DNA of 64,000 nucleotides from Eledone cirrhosa (lineage: Eukaryota). The stretch is taken from NCBI GenBank assembly GCA_964016885.1, contig OZ024740.1, forward strand, positions 88,536,001 through 88,600,000, read 5' to 3'. Numbering within the stretch: position 1 is the stretch's first letter; every line of letters begins with the position of its first letter. The notes beneath the pieces were generated by a model. That model worked only from the letters and a program-made list of their open reading frames with translations. It did not search any database and had not been told where the DNA came from. Shown piece by piece: positions 51,701 through 64,000 of the stretch. Made by a program: the position numbers and the translations under genes.

Positions 51701-52100
51701 ATGGGTCTGAGACTTGGACACTGACCAAGAAACTCACTCAGATGGAGGATGGGTGCTACACAAGAATGCTGAGGATGGCTCTGAACATTAATGAGTATAC
51801 ACTGAGGATGAAAAACTCAGAGCTGTATGGGAGCATCCCAAAAGTCAGCTCAAAAGTGACACAGAGGAGACTGAGGTTAGCTGGACATGCTCACCGACAT
51901 CCAAAAGTGACATTGCACTCAGTACTCCTTTGGGAGCCCCTACATGGACACACTAGAAGAGGAAGACAAGGTTAACGTATGTTGATGCCCTAAGGACAGA
52001 CACTGGTCTGTTGGAGATGCAGGACATGGCAGCGATAATGACGGACAGAGACCGCTGGAGAGAACTCGTCCATGGATCTCGGGAATTTTACCCGCCTTAG
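48794..52100 (+). mobile_element. Near full-length single-ORF RTE-group LINE inserted in (TA)n
   Basis: Short 5' UTR and an APE-RT ORF. The stop at 52098-52100 is directly followed by (TA)n, and (TA)n also lies upstream. Confidence 0.9.
49006..52100 (+). pseudogene. RTE-type APE-RT ORF with two in-frame stops (49303, 49774) and a frameshift near 51970
   Basis: GTLNVRT, IQEHR, GDFNAH, QIDFIL, SDH; PKKGD..NYRG, QNGFR, IDFRKAFDSV, GVLQGDTL, EFTDD, FLYLG, LLYGSETW, RRLRLAGH. Confidence 0.92.
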
Positions 52101-52101
52101 A

Positions 52102-52175
<74 letters not shown>

Positions 52176-52178
<3 letters not shown>

Positions 52179-52872
52179 TTATTTACTCTTGGTGCAACAG
52201 ATTTGAAATTCCCGGTATAAGGTTAGGCTTTCTTTGTTTATTTTTTATATATGAATATTGATTGTTCCTTATATCTCATTCTGTTACTTTGCCCGAGAAA
52301 ATATCTGTGTGTGTCATCAAACGTTGTACACACAGATATTTTTTCAATTTCCAATTGAGTTCTAGCACGTGGCCTGAATTCCTTTTAGAGTTGATTGTCA
52401 TGCGCATGTATTGTTTTTTTTGGCGGTAATTTACTTCCTCATTTTTGAATCAGTTTGAGCATTTCTTTAGAACTGCTGGACTAGCAACCTGACAGATACC
52501 TCAGGCACTGATGATGATTATCGCTAAATACTGATGTTGGTTAGATTATCAATATTAGTATTATTGGGGCACCCACTGATGAATTATAGGAGCCCACTTG
52601 AATATATATCTATTGATGGTATACAAGCTCCTACATAAATTGGTATAATTTCACCCAAATTGTAGGAATCCTATAATGAAACGAGACGTCCGTCTGGGAA
52701 GAGATATATTCGATATGTCTCATATGAAATAATACAGCCAATTTTCCACGCAATACTTTTAGTTAGCACCCCGAACGCATAATTAGGAATATAATCATTT
52801 ATTTCCTAATGTTTGTTGAGTGAGTTGGAATTTGGCCGGAGTATGGCTAAAAAGCTTTCTCCGATATTGTAT
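52176..52872 (+). mobile_element. Hammerhead-bearing module family P7, copy B (longer at 5' end)
   Basis: 52363-52872 matches 20231-20722. Small hairpin at 52298-52343; TA flanks. Confidence 0.8.
52572..52698 (+). ncRNA. Type I hammerhead with long loop II (P7)
   Basis: Stems and core are identical to 20443-20569; the differences lie in loop II. Confidence 0.75.
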
Positions 52873-53026
52873 TTTTATATATATATATGTATTTATATAC
52901 ATACACATTTACATTATCCAGCTTTATCAAATTTTGACTGCACTTGTATAACATGAACGGGAAAACATTTACACACACATGTACATATATATTTAATCAG
53001 AGTTAGGTATATCGTCAATGAGCCCA

Positions 53027-53158
<132 letters not shown>

Positions 53159-53289
53159 TATAAATATATATTTACCATATATATTGCGCGAAGCACCTCT
53201 TGGTATTGTGATTTCATCACACTATTAATACACACACACACATATGCGTACAGACACACACACACACACACACATACAAACACACACAT

Positions 53290-53326
<37 letters not shown>

Positions 53327-53559
53327 TATATGGAGAGAGGGGGTGTTAGATGGAGTTGCATTTGTGTGTTTGTAAGAATGAGTGTATCCATATTTACGAG
53401 TGCGTGTGTGAGGGGTGTTTGCAGCTGTATACAAGGAATTTAGATAAGCATCAATCCCAATCTCCACTTCCAACGTTGCAGCCTATAAAAAACAAACAAT
53501 CCTGTTGCAATTCTCTCCTATATCTCCTCCTTTGAACAATAGAGATCGATCAACGTCGT

Positions 53560-53680
53560 CTTCTTCTTCTTCTTCTTCTTCTTCTTCTTCTTCTTCTTCT
53601 TCTTCTTCTTCTTCTTCTTCTTCTTCTTCTTCTCCTCCTCCTCCTCCTCCTCCTCCTGCTCCCCCTCTTCCTCCTCCTCC
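53560..53680. repeat. (TTC)n-(CTC)n microsatellite
   Basis: Direct reading. Confidence 0.95.
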
Positions 53681-53858
53681 ACATGATGCAAAATTCTGAA
53701 AGAATGTTGACTATGTTCGAAGACGTTTCATAATGCCAAATGTACGAATGCAATGAATATGTTTCCATTTTCTTAGCTCTCCCCAGCGAAGGTTATTCAT
53801 CTAGCAGACGGTTACACTGAACGGAATTTTCAATATGAATTATGACGTTAAGAACTGT

Positions 53859-53932
<74 letters not shown>

Positions 53933-53936
<4 letters not shown>

Positions 53937-55082
53937 ATGTTTAACCCCGACGGCAGAGCTCAAGTCGTTTCGATGGCTATTTCTGGACTAAATTAGAATA
54001 GCCGGACTTTCAAGGCGCAATTCCTTATATGGGAAGATTATAGTGTGCAAAAGGATTAGTCACAATTTCTTGTAAGCACAATTAAATCTTTCATGGCAGA
54101 ACAATGAGGGAGTTGGTGGAGCCGGTCAAGCGTTGAAAGTGAATTCTATATAGCAAATTCTGAGGAGTGTGTTTGAAATTAGGTTAGTTAGGAAGCAGGC
54201 GAAAAAGGATACTGAGAGTGGGACGTTATAGAAATGGTTAATAAATTGAGATTAAATGATAATAAATAAAAAAAATAAAAATTAATAAAATTAAATAGTA
54301 AAAATTATTAAAAAATCTCTAGAGTCTAAAGCAGTTGCTATATTTTTAGCTGGTATTGCGTTTTCGGCCAATGCTATATATAATTTACTGGGGTGGGGGT
54401 ACTGAGTCTACAGAAGCCCGATGGGCTGTCTTGGGGTAGGCGAAGGTGGAAAAAGGAAAAGGAAGAGGGTAGGGAGTGGAAGGATGTGATAAGACGAGAT
54501 AAAGGGAAGAAGAGAAGAAAAAGAAAAAGAAAAGAAATACAACTACCTATGTATGCTGGTGTTTCCCCTGTGTTGTTCGGCAAGTGGGGAAAAGAAGGAT
54601 GTTGCAGCCATTATCTACCCCCCCCCGGGTCATGAGGGGGTTGAGGGCGAGGAAAGTCCTATGCAATCAGTGTTTACATGCAGTTACAAGTTCGTCTTTT
54701 TTGTTTAGGAGTTGGTCCTTCGTAAACAGCATTTTTAATGTTTCCTCCGAGCATAAGTTACACAGACGGCGTCCTCCCGTGTAGGAGTTACCCATGGACA
54801 GTAAGCTCCAAGTAAGGTGGTATGTTATTTTGTTATCTTGGAGGTTCCAGCTGTGGCCCGAAAGTGTAGTGGCATGTCGCCGGGCCGGGTTTCGGTGGAG
54901 CCGGGTCTTGAAGTCGGAAGCACTTAATGCTATATAGGCTTAGCCGGAGGTTTCCGTCCTCACGTTACATTGGTAGATCACGTTACGTTCTCGGCATCTG
55001 TTGTTGAGGGGGCACGTAGATCTATTAGGGCAGTTACACCTCCTTATTGGCTCCCCACTAATGTCTAGTTTTTTTTCCTCCA

Positions 55083-55084
<2 letters not shown>
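53933..55084 (-). mobile_element. Penelope-like element 3' fragment (GIY-YIG + 3' UTR) between (TA)n tracts
   Basis: RRCNCPNRSTCPLNNRCRERNVIYQC...YIALSASDFKTRL...WNLQDNKITYHLTW...CNLCSEE...LLNKKDELVTACKH. Confidence 0.85.
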
Positions 55085-55127
<43 letters not shown>

Positions 55128-55608
55128 CTGATATATATATATATATATATAGACTGAATTCATAGATGGCGGTTAAATACCCATGTAATTAAGGTTATTC
55201 ACATGTTATATCAATCAGTAACCTTGATCGTTTCTGATATCATTTCTGTTCTGCTTGTATCAGACAGACCGAGGAAATATTTTCTTATAGTAGATGGCTG
55301 ATTTACAGTATATGTGAGATAAAATACTTCTTTTAACTACAGAGGCAAAGCAATGTTGAAGGAATTCCAATAGTTTATATTATTTATCCGCTTCAACTTT
55401 AAATGCTGCAGTAAATAACTCTATTTGAATTGTACAGTCTTGCATGAAACACAGAATATCACAAATTGTATTTCATTTATATCTTTGCATTCAATGTTTA
55501 TGTCTCAATGCGCAAGGCTTTTTAGCTTTCGTCTTATTTTGCTATATCATATGTATGTATGTTCTTCTGGTTATGTATGTATATGTGTATGTATGTATAT
55601 AACACAAG

Positions 55609-55642
<34 letters not shown>

Positions 55643-55916
55643 GTCCGTTATGTAAGACATTTAAATGCATATATGAATATTTATTTGTACAAGTAACTTC
55701 TCCCCACATCAACCTATATGCACATAATCACTGTATTTCTACACTTCCATATGATATGAGTATCTGAATGTGATCTAGAATGCACAGTTGTTAGGGATAC
55801 TCTGTTGAAAAATATCGAAGATAGTGTTAGTTACAAAGGTAGTATTACAAACTCACACATACATCCTACCCCACCACACACATTCCATCTCACTTTCTGT
55901 TTCACATACATACGCC

Positions 55917-56096
<180 letters not shown>

Positions 56097-56659
56097 CTTG
56101 AGCGTACGCATTAATTCTTAATGAAATGATTTGTGACAATCGGCTGGTTTGTATTGCTTCCATCAGCTTATAAGACGAACGTGAATTTTTAACACTAAAT
56201 AGGAACAAAATTCTTCCAAGTAGCAGAAAAACAAATAGAACAGAACCACGTGAACTTGTACAGTTTATTTCATAGGTTTGGATGAATAAATGTTAAGGAT
56301 TTGAAAAATATCCTATGAACGGATTGTTATGAACGTATCGGAGATTATTATGTGCATCGAGTAAGTGGATGAGCGATAGACAAAGAGGGACAATTGTCAA
56401 GAAGTATAATACAATATGTGTAAAAATAGAGATGAAGTAAACTGATATGAGAGGAGGCAGATATGGTTGAGAGAGTATGTATGAGGGAGTAGTCAAAGAT
56501 AAACGATGATGATAAAGGGAGAATAAAAAGTGTAGGAGTAAATGTGTATCATAAACAATTCAGTGCAGGAAAGGAAAATACTGTGACAAGAAAATAAAAA
56601 TGATAAATATGCGGGAAGAATTACACAGATTTTTGTGATAATGATGATGATGATGATAA

Positions 56660-57195
56660 TAATTGTTTCTACTTTTGGCACAAGGTCAGCAATTAACACA
56701 GAGCATTACATGTGCTTTATTTTATCAAAGCTAATCTCGGCGGGATTTGAAATCAGAACGTAAAGAACCATAACTGTATGCTGCAAAGCATGATGTCTGA
56801 CGCTCTACCGATACTGCCAATCCACCGTCCTCATGCTGATGATAGTAATACTGGTTTCCAATTTAGGCACAAGGCCAACAATTTTAGAGGATGGGGAAGT
56901 CGATTAAATCGAGCCAGTGCGTTAGTGGATGAAAGGCAAAGCTAACTTTGGCAGGATTTGAACTCAGAACGTAAATAGCTGAAGCTATATTGCGCAAAGC
57001 AATACCGTTCGATGCTCTATCGGTAATTCTAATCTACCGCTTTACCAATACTGCCAATAATAATAACAATAATCGTTACCAATTTCGACACAAGGTGAAC
57101 AATTTCAGGGGTGGGGAAAGTCGATTAAGTCGACGACAATGCGTTACTAGTACTTTATTTTACCGACCCAATAAGAATGAAATACACAGTTAATG
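56660..57195 (-). mobile_element. Cluster of three SINE-like copies
   Basis: Three repeats of ..gcacaagg..caatt, two with ggatttgaa.tcagaacgtaaa. Confidence 0.7.
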
Positions 57196-57221
57196 TGAAT
57201 GAGATCTGAACAATCCAAATG

Positions 57222-58510
57222 TTTATTGGCCACTAGGGCCGAAATATAAAGGACAATACAAAAAACAGGGGCGATGGGGATTTATATAAATCGTTTAATT
57301 AGACCTCTATACAACGCTAATTTTGAATTTCCATTGACTAGCTTGCCCGATTGGTAGAGGGTTCAGAGTGGCTGATAACATTCCAGAGACCAGGCGCACA
57401 ATCTCGAACTTCGCTTGACCCAGGACTGTAACTCAGTTGACTGGATGAGCTGCGGAGAGACGCGTATGACAAAGGGTGACCGCACCTATTCAACCAGTAG
57501 TAATATCTGCATATATCGTAGTCTTAGCGCATATTTACATACTCTCATTCAGCATGCTCTGCCCTCCACAGAAAGGATGTTGGCAGCAACTGGACCGCTT
57601 GGCCAGTAGAGCCGTCATCCACCGGCGCCAGTTTTCATCATCCACCGAAGCTGTTGAACGACATGGGTTTGTCTCTCCTGGGTAGAGCTGCAAACCCAGC
57701 GACTTGCAGCGACTTGTCTGAGTTAATTTTTACTCCTATCAACGTTTATATTGCTCGATTTCCAGGTTATTTAAACCATTACGGTGACATCGGTCGCATA
57801 TGCCGATACAGTTGTTCCACGGCTCGGTTTGCGTGAGATACCCTTCAAAAGCTCTAGCTATCACGTTAGTCGCTTGACAGACCAAGCACGTGATCTGAAA
57901 CGGTTCTCATACGTGAAAATTTACTCTGACCACCTAGCAGATGCGGCTTTGCATTGAAGCGATGCAAACTCTCTGAAGATGTGACCGAAGCAAGCTGACT
58001 TTAGCACAATCTCCATGCAGTGATGGTCGACCCTATCGAAAGGCTTAAATTAATCCAAATTGATCAGAACCCTACCGAAGCAAGTTTTACTTTCTAATGT
58101 TATGTTATATCGCATGAAGTGGACGTTACCGTATATAAATCTGGTCGGAAATTCTCGATTAAGTCCCCCTCTTTCGCTTCTTTACCCGTCAGTGTTATTC
58201 TATCTCGGCTTACAGAACTAGGAATTCTCCTGTTCTGCTGCCAGTTGCAGTTGAGAGCTGCGATGACACTGGCAAATTCTGATAATACTAAATACTCGTA
58301 AGGTAGACAAAAGTGCCACAGGAAAGACGCAAACATCTTCTTGGAATTAAACCACACTCGCCGATTTGGGTCTGCGAAATTGTGGCTTTGTTGCCACATT
58401 GCGTTTCTGCCATTGGGGCCCATCGAACAGCCATCGTTTCTTTGTGTTTTCGAGTATGCACAATAGCTATGTCAGCTGTTTTGTCAGATAGGTATAGTTT
58501 CTGTTTAGTT
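57222..58510 (-). mobile_element. Old, internally deleted Tx1-clade copy
   Basis: LNCNWQQNRRIPSSVSR..ENFRP in ORF 58100-58423; 3' end GTGGCCAATAAA. Confidence 0.75.
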
Positions 58511-58828
58511 TAAATATTTCGTTGTATCACTCTCTGGGCTATGACGATGTAAGTGCGTCTATCAAGGCAGAACCACTGAGAAGTACCTGAACGGAGCAAT
58601 AGATGTCAGAGACAGTACTTCTAAGAATACAGAAGTGGTATTGCTTAGAATAGTGAACCAGTTCAATATGGAAAACTGGTCATATAATTGTGGAATGAAC
58701 CGTGCAGATAAGTTTTAAGGTTCATTGCATAAACGATAATCATGTATGCTATGCAATATATGCTTTATTAATGCTTGTATGTTTGTGAATATGGACATAA
58801 ATAAATAAATAAATAAATAAATATATAT

Positions 58829-58893
<65 letters not shown>

Positions 58894-58923
58894 CATATAT
58901 ATATGTATGCACCCCCCCCCCCC

Positions 58924-58971
<48 letters not shown>

Positions 58972-59953
58972 GAGAGAGAGAGATACCTCATGTATATATA
59001 TGCATATATATACGTAAATATATGTATATGTGTGTCTCTGTATGTATGTGTATGTGTGTGCGCGCGCGTGTGTGTGTATGTATGAACGTTGGTAAGCGTG
59101 TCTCTTTGTATTTGTGAATGTGTTAAATTTATGTAACTGTCTGAGACTAAAAATTGCAACGAGAAATGCCATCATATCAACAACGTATAAGTAGCAGGGA
59201 GCTAATGGATTTTGCATCTGCTTCTACGCTAAAAACGGCACATGCTATATACACATCCATTCTAGCATAAATATGTATGAATCCAATTACACACGCTTAC
59301 ATCCACAATCGTGCGGGCGTAGTGTACACACGCATACATGAAGAAACACATCCACACGAGCATACATAATAGCTGATGCAGACACAGGTACTGTCCCTTT
59401 ACATATATACACACACATATTCATGTATGTATGCATATAAAAAAGAAATAGTTGTCCAATACAGAAAAATGATCTAATCAAGAAAACTTAAAGGGCGGTA
59501 GATGAGGTGTGTCCTTTCGATACTGTACTTTCATCATTAACATTGCTTGATCTCATTATAATGGCGCAGCTCTGCAATCTATAGTTTCCTTCCACTATAT
59601 GAAGAGAATGGCCTTTAGAAAAATCATGTTTTCCTACGATTTTAACCTGGATTTTACTGTGGTGACATCAAGGCAAAATTGTCTGGATTATAAGGTTGAC
59701 TTCAGTATGAACATTACTTTTATTGGTGCTATTTTGAATCTATGTCACTAATATTACAAAAAAGGGTATCCAGCTCAATTAATTGTACAATATAGACGCC
59801 TTACTACCGAGCAATGTATTGATACGAGTGCGGCTGGCTGAATCCCGAAAGGGAAAAATGAAAGATTCATAGTTATACGCATTTCCACACGCATACACAC
59901 ACACACACTCACACACACACACTCACACACACATACTCTCTCTCACACACACA

Positions 59954-60059
<106 letters not shown>

Positions 60060-60409
60060 CACCTACACACACTCACACACACTCACACATACACACACAC
60101 TCACACTCACACACACATGCACACACACATACACTCACACATAAACACATGCACAGTAATAACTGCATTCTTTCTTTCCAGAGTATCTCGGTCAGCATAC
60201 GATCTGTTCAGCTGACCTTAATATATATATATTTATAAGTATAAATATGGTACCGGGAAAACAGGAAAAACGATGCACGAAGAAGTGGACTGAAGGAGAA
60301 ATTTATAGTGAATTCAATCTTTAACAAATGTTTCTTTACATTTACGTAACTGTCTACGTGCCCTCACAAACGAAATTTAATTTATCTTCTCATATATATA
60401 TGATACTAA

Positions 60410-61306
60410 GCCCCAGAAGGTCATCAATGGAATGGGTGAGCGAACATGCCTTTAATCAGATCTACTTCTGTTATCCAATGGGGTGAAAAGAACAATATAC
60501 TGCTGAAGGTGGATACATTTGAATTAATCCACTTTGGAATAGAGGATGCACTAACATTCTCATATCCCCTTCCTTCATGAGAAACTCTCATGGCATCCAA
60601 CCACTTGGGAGTAATTGTTGATAACAACATAAGCTTGGCCATTATTTATAATCAGCTAAGTTGACATGGCCCGCAGAATGTGTTCTTGGATTCTCAGAAA
60701 TTACTAGTCGAGAGATATCAACGCCATTATCCTTCTCTTCTCTACATTTGCCCGACCCCACCTTGAATATTGTTGTCCACTGTGGTCTCCCCACACGAAT
60801 CAAAGTATCATGAAAATTGAATCCCCTCAAAGGTCAATAAAAAAATATAGACGGCATGACAGACCTTCACTATTGGGGTCGGCTAGGAAAGCTCAAACTT
60901 TATTCTTTACAACGATGCAGAAAGCGCTTCATTATCTGCCTGATTTGGAAACTATTCCATCAGCATTGCCCAAATGCTGTTAGCTTCATCTTCAAAGTAC
61001 ACCTACGGCCTGGGCCCCGTGCTATCCGCCCACAGCAAAAATCACACTGAAAACAACATTATGGTACCAATATTTCACCATAACTGGTCCCGCTCTCTTT
61101 AACATTACACAAAAACATTAAAACAGAAACGGACCCCTTAAAATAAAAAAAAAACGTCTTTGTACAAATTTCTCCAAGAAATCCCAGATAAACCACTTAC
61201 ACCCGGATATGTCTCCATAAACAATAATACTTCATCAGATCTTGCATTTAAGTTAGAAATAGTCTGGGCCATTACTGACTGAAACCTATCAAAGTTATCA
61301 AAGTTA
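60410..61306 (+). mobile_element. CR1-group LINE 3' fragment
   Basis: QWGEKNNI..FELIHFG, LGVIVDNN, RPHLEYCCPLWSP, YWGRLGKLKLYSLQR; short tandem tail atcaaagtt x2. Confidence 0.75.
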
Positions 61307-61816
61307 TATATATATAAGTAAAAATTAGCGAGAATCGAATTTCAGCCCATGAATTAACGAGAAACACTTTCGAGTTGTGAGGCAAGCGCTCTATAATTCA
61401 AATGAATTAGAGCTTACAACTTACATTAAAGGCCAAACACACTGAGATGGTGGTTAAACTAATCATCCACACAGCGAAGATTCGATCTCCTATTTCGGGT
61501 CAAACAGATATACAGATATAAAAATATATGAAAATATAAATGTTTGAGACTCACCCGGACCCCTGGAATGATGGTAAAGTCCAGTGTTGGGGTTTCTTTG
61601 GCTCCATAAGTCATTTACTGTCCACTTACATAAAGGATGTTAAGTTTCTTGTATCCTGACTGAACTAGGAGTACGCGTTGTCAACGGGATTCAGTTCGAG
61701 AGTCTACATAGATGTGTCTGTAACTGACCCCACGTGGGGTTCAGCAAGGGAGGCAACGCCTATATTAGGCGATTGAATTCTTGTGTGTATAATATTGCGA
61801 AAATGCAAAATATCAC

Positions 61817-61873
<57 letters not shown>

Positions 61874-61874
<1 letters not shown>

Positions 61875-62540
61875 GATATTAAACAAATGGAAACTATATT
61901 TATAAAACCATATTTATTTCATTATACATATTTCAGGGATACCATATTAAAAATATGGCATGCCTTCTTCAGATAAAATACAATGTATAAACAGTTTTAT
62001 AAATAATTTTGACGTACCATAAATATAAGCGACCATTAAAATAGGAGGCTGGCTTGGTCGTGAAGTGTTTATAATTATTTAGTTATAGTGTTAAGCACAG
62101 TTAGAAAAAAAGACGGAGAGAAAGAAGAAATGGATGTAAAGAAAAACAGAGAGAGATAGGGGAGAGAGAAAGAAGGAGGTGGTGAAAAAAGAGAGGCAAC
62201 CGAAGGCAACAGATGAATAATAATAATTCACCATACAAATAGAGAGATTTAAGAGAGAGGGAGTAGAGTAATTATTTAGTTATAGTGTTAAGCACAGTTA
62301 GAGAAGAGACGGAGAGAAAAAAAGAAGATGAAGATAAAACAGAGAGAGAGAGAGAGAGAGGTGGGAGGAGAAGAATGAGGGAGAACAAATATAATTATAT
62401 AGGGGGAGGTGAAAACTAAGAGAGAAATAAGAGAGAAACATGAGAGGCAAAATCAAAGCGACAGATACATAAAACTTCATCATATATAAAGAGAGAGGAG
62501 AAGAAAGACCTATATCTAGAGAGAGGGAGGATACAGTTAC
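61874..62540 (-). mobile_element. TA-abutting module with a P3-type hammerhead and internal direct repeats
   Basis: Hammerhead at 61915-61980. taattatttagttatagtgttaagcacagttag is repeated at ~62072 and ~62269. Right boundary uncertain. Confidence 0.5.
61915..61980 (-). ncRNA. Type I hammerhead motif (P3-like)
   Basis: Reverse complement: TATTTTAT CTGAAGA AGGcATGCCATATT ttt AATATGGTATcCCT GAAA TATGTA TA ATGAAATA. Confidence 0.78.
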
Positions 62541-63619
62541 CTCTTTACGTCATGTCCTATCAATTTGAATTATCAATTCATATGAACTGGGTAATATAAT
62601 GTAAATATCAATATTCATGAATGAGACATAGATATATAATGTGAGAAAATAATTTTGCTCAATAATGACCATATGTTTAGTTTAAAACTCTGCGGTCAAT
62701 GTACCAAAATCTGAGATAAATCTTCAAAAAATTACCCTATTTATAAAAATACGGAGATATATATGTATATATATATATACGTATATGCACTTTCTGAAAA
62801 AAGAAAAAGAGAAAGTTATGTCTAGCTCTAGTCGATAATATAGTCATACACATGACTTTACGTGATCAACTCTATAATTTCTTGTGTCATAAAAAAATTT
62901 CCTTGTGTTATAAAAAATTTCACTATATATATACATACAAAATAAACGATTAATATTCATGCCCTCACACATATGATTATCGTTCATGCATATAATATTA
63001 TGCATATCTGTAACATATACAGAACTATACCTATATATATATATATATGTATACATAAGATATCTGCGTGAGTTTTCCAGCATCTCTATGCACACATACA
63101 GGCACATGAACAGATAAAATAGACTCTGTAATCTTTCCATATGCATGTTAATACATATGGCCTTTGCATAGAGAAAACCAGATATCAATATATCAGCACA
63201 GAAATATCAAAAGGTTAAAATATTTTCAACACACCATAGAGTATCTCAAGCCACAAAACAGTATGCTTCATATATTTACCACAGAAATCTATCCTTCCAA
63301 TTTTTCAGACAATATATTGCAAAGTTTTTTTAGAAGCAATCAGAATCAAAAAGCAAATAAAAAAGCAAATAAAAAACCAAAAAATTATTTAACAAAAATT
63401 ATTTAAAGGATTTAGAAGACCCAGTGGTTCTACGGATGCTCTTATATTTAGTATAGAAATTTATCTTGCGTAAAATTTATTTAATACATTGGGAGCATAT
63501 ACATTTTAGAGTAGTTTAATTACATCATTTGTTTATATTTATGAAGAAGGTTTAAAAGAAGGAATCGAAAGATTTATCGTCAGGTTTCATACATTAATTA
63601 AATTTCTTAATTAATTATA

Positions 63620-64000
63620 CTACATTTTAAATTTATATTTATATTTAAACGTTGAGTTCAGTCTATGTCTGCAGCAACTGAATAAATTGCTCCTTAAATT
63701 AAGGGAATTTTTGGATTTTAATATAAAGAATATCTCCTCCACACAGTGATCACATGTCTCAGATGAAGAATTAAAAGGAATCCCTCTTGAGACAATATTC
63801 CAAAACATCGAATACTCAACATTATCTCGTTTAAGTTGCCAGAGTAGGCTTGATAGCGAAGTTGAAGATTTTTTGTTTGGATCTGTGAAATAATTCTTAT
63901 GATTATTGAAGCGAAGTTTAAATTCTGTCGAGGTGGAACCAACATAGTTGAAAGAATTTAAGTTAGTTTTAACATTACAATTGTATATTATATTTTTAAC
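63620..64000 (-). mobile_element. Penelope-like element GIY-YIG domain, open frame continuing beyond the window
   Basis: VKNIIYNCNVKTNLNSFNYVGSTSTEFKLRFNNHKNYF...LWQLK...CDHCVEE...LNLRSNLFSCCRH. Confidence 0.85.

Noticed and set aside
61645-61745. CTGAC..GAACT/AGTTC GAGA and hairpin ccccacgtgggg
   Set aside because: The core deviates at several positions, and there is a single copy with no covariation support.

Overview
AT-rich, microsatellite-dense eukaryotic (animal) DNA. The SINE type and microsatellite load suggest an octopus/cephalopod-like genome, which is an inference. I see no host protein-coding gene; most short ORFs are microsatellite or antisense artefacts. Contents: (i) five Tx1-clade (L1 group) LINE copies, one with an intact 1145-aa ORF2. 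Three end in (TATC)n and one in (TTA)n, and they share a covarying two-hairpin 3' UTR. (ii) A near full-length single-ORF RTE-group LINE inside a (TA)n tract, plus RTE and CR1 remnants. (iii) At least five coding remnants of one Penelope-like element (PLE, RT + GIY-YIG) lineage. (iv) The most striking signal: about ten short non-coding modules from several unrelated sequence families sitting in (TA)n tracts. Many are fold-back palindromes with a one-sided tail, and they carry outward-facing type I hammerhead ribozyme motifs, including minimal, long-loop-II and non-canonical-core (CAGAA) variants. All structures and alignments were read by eye, so boundaries of degenerate elements are approximate.
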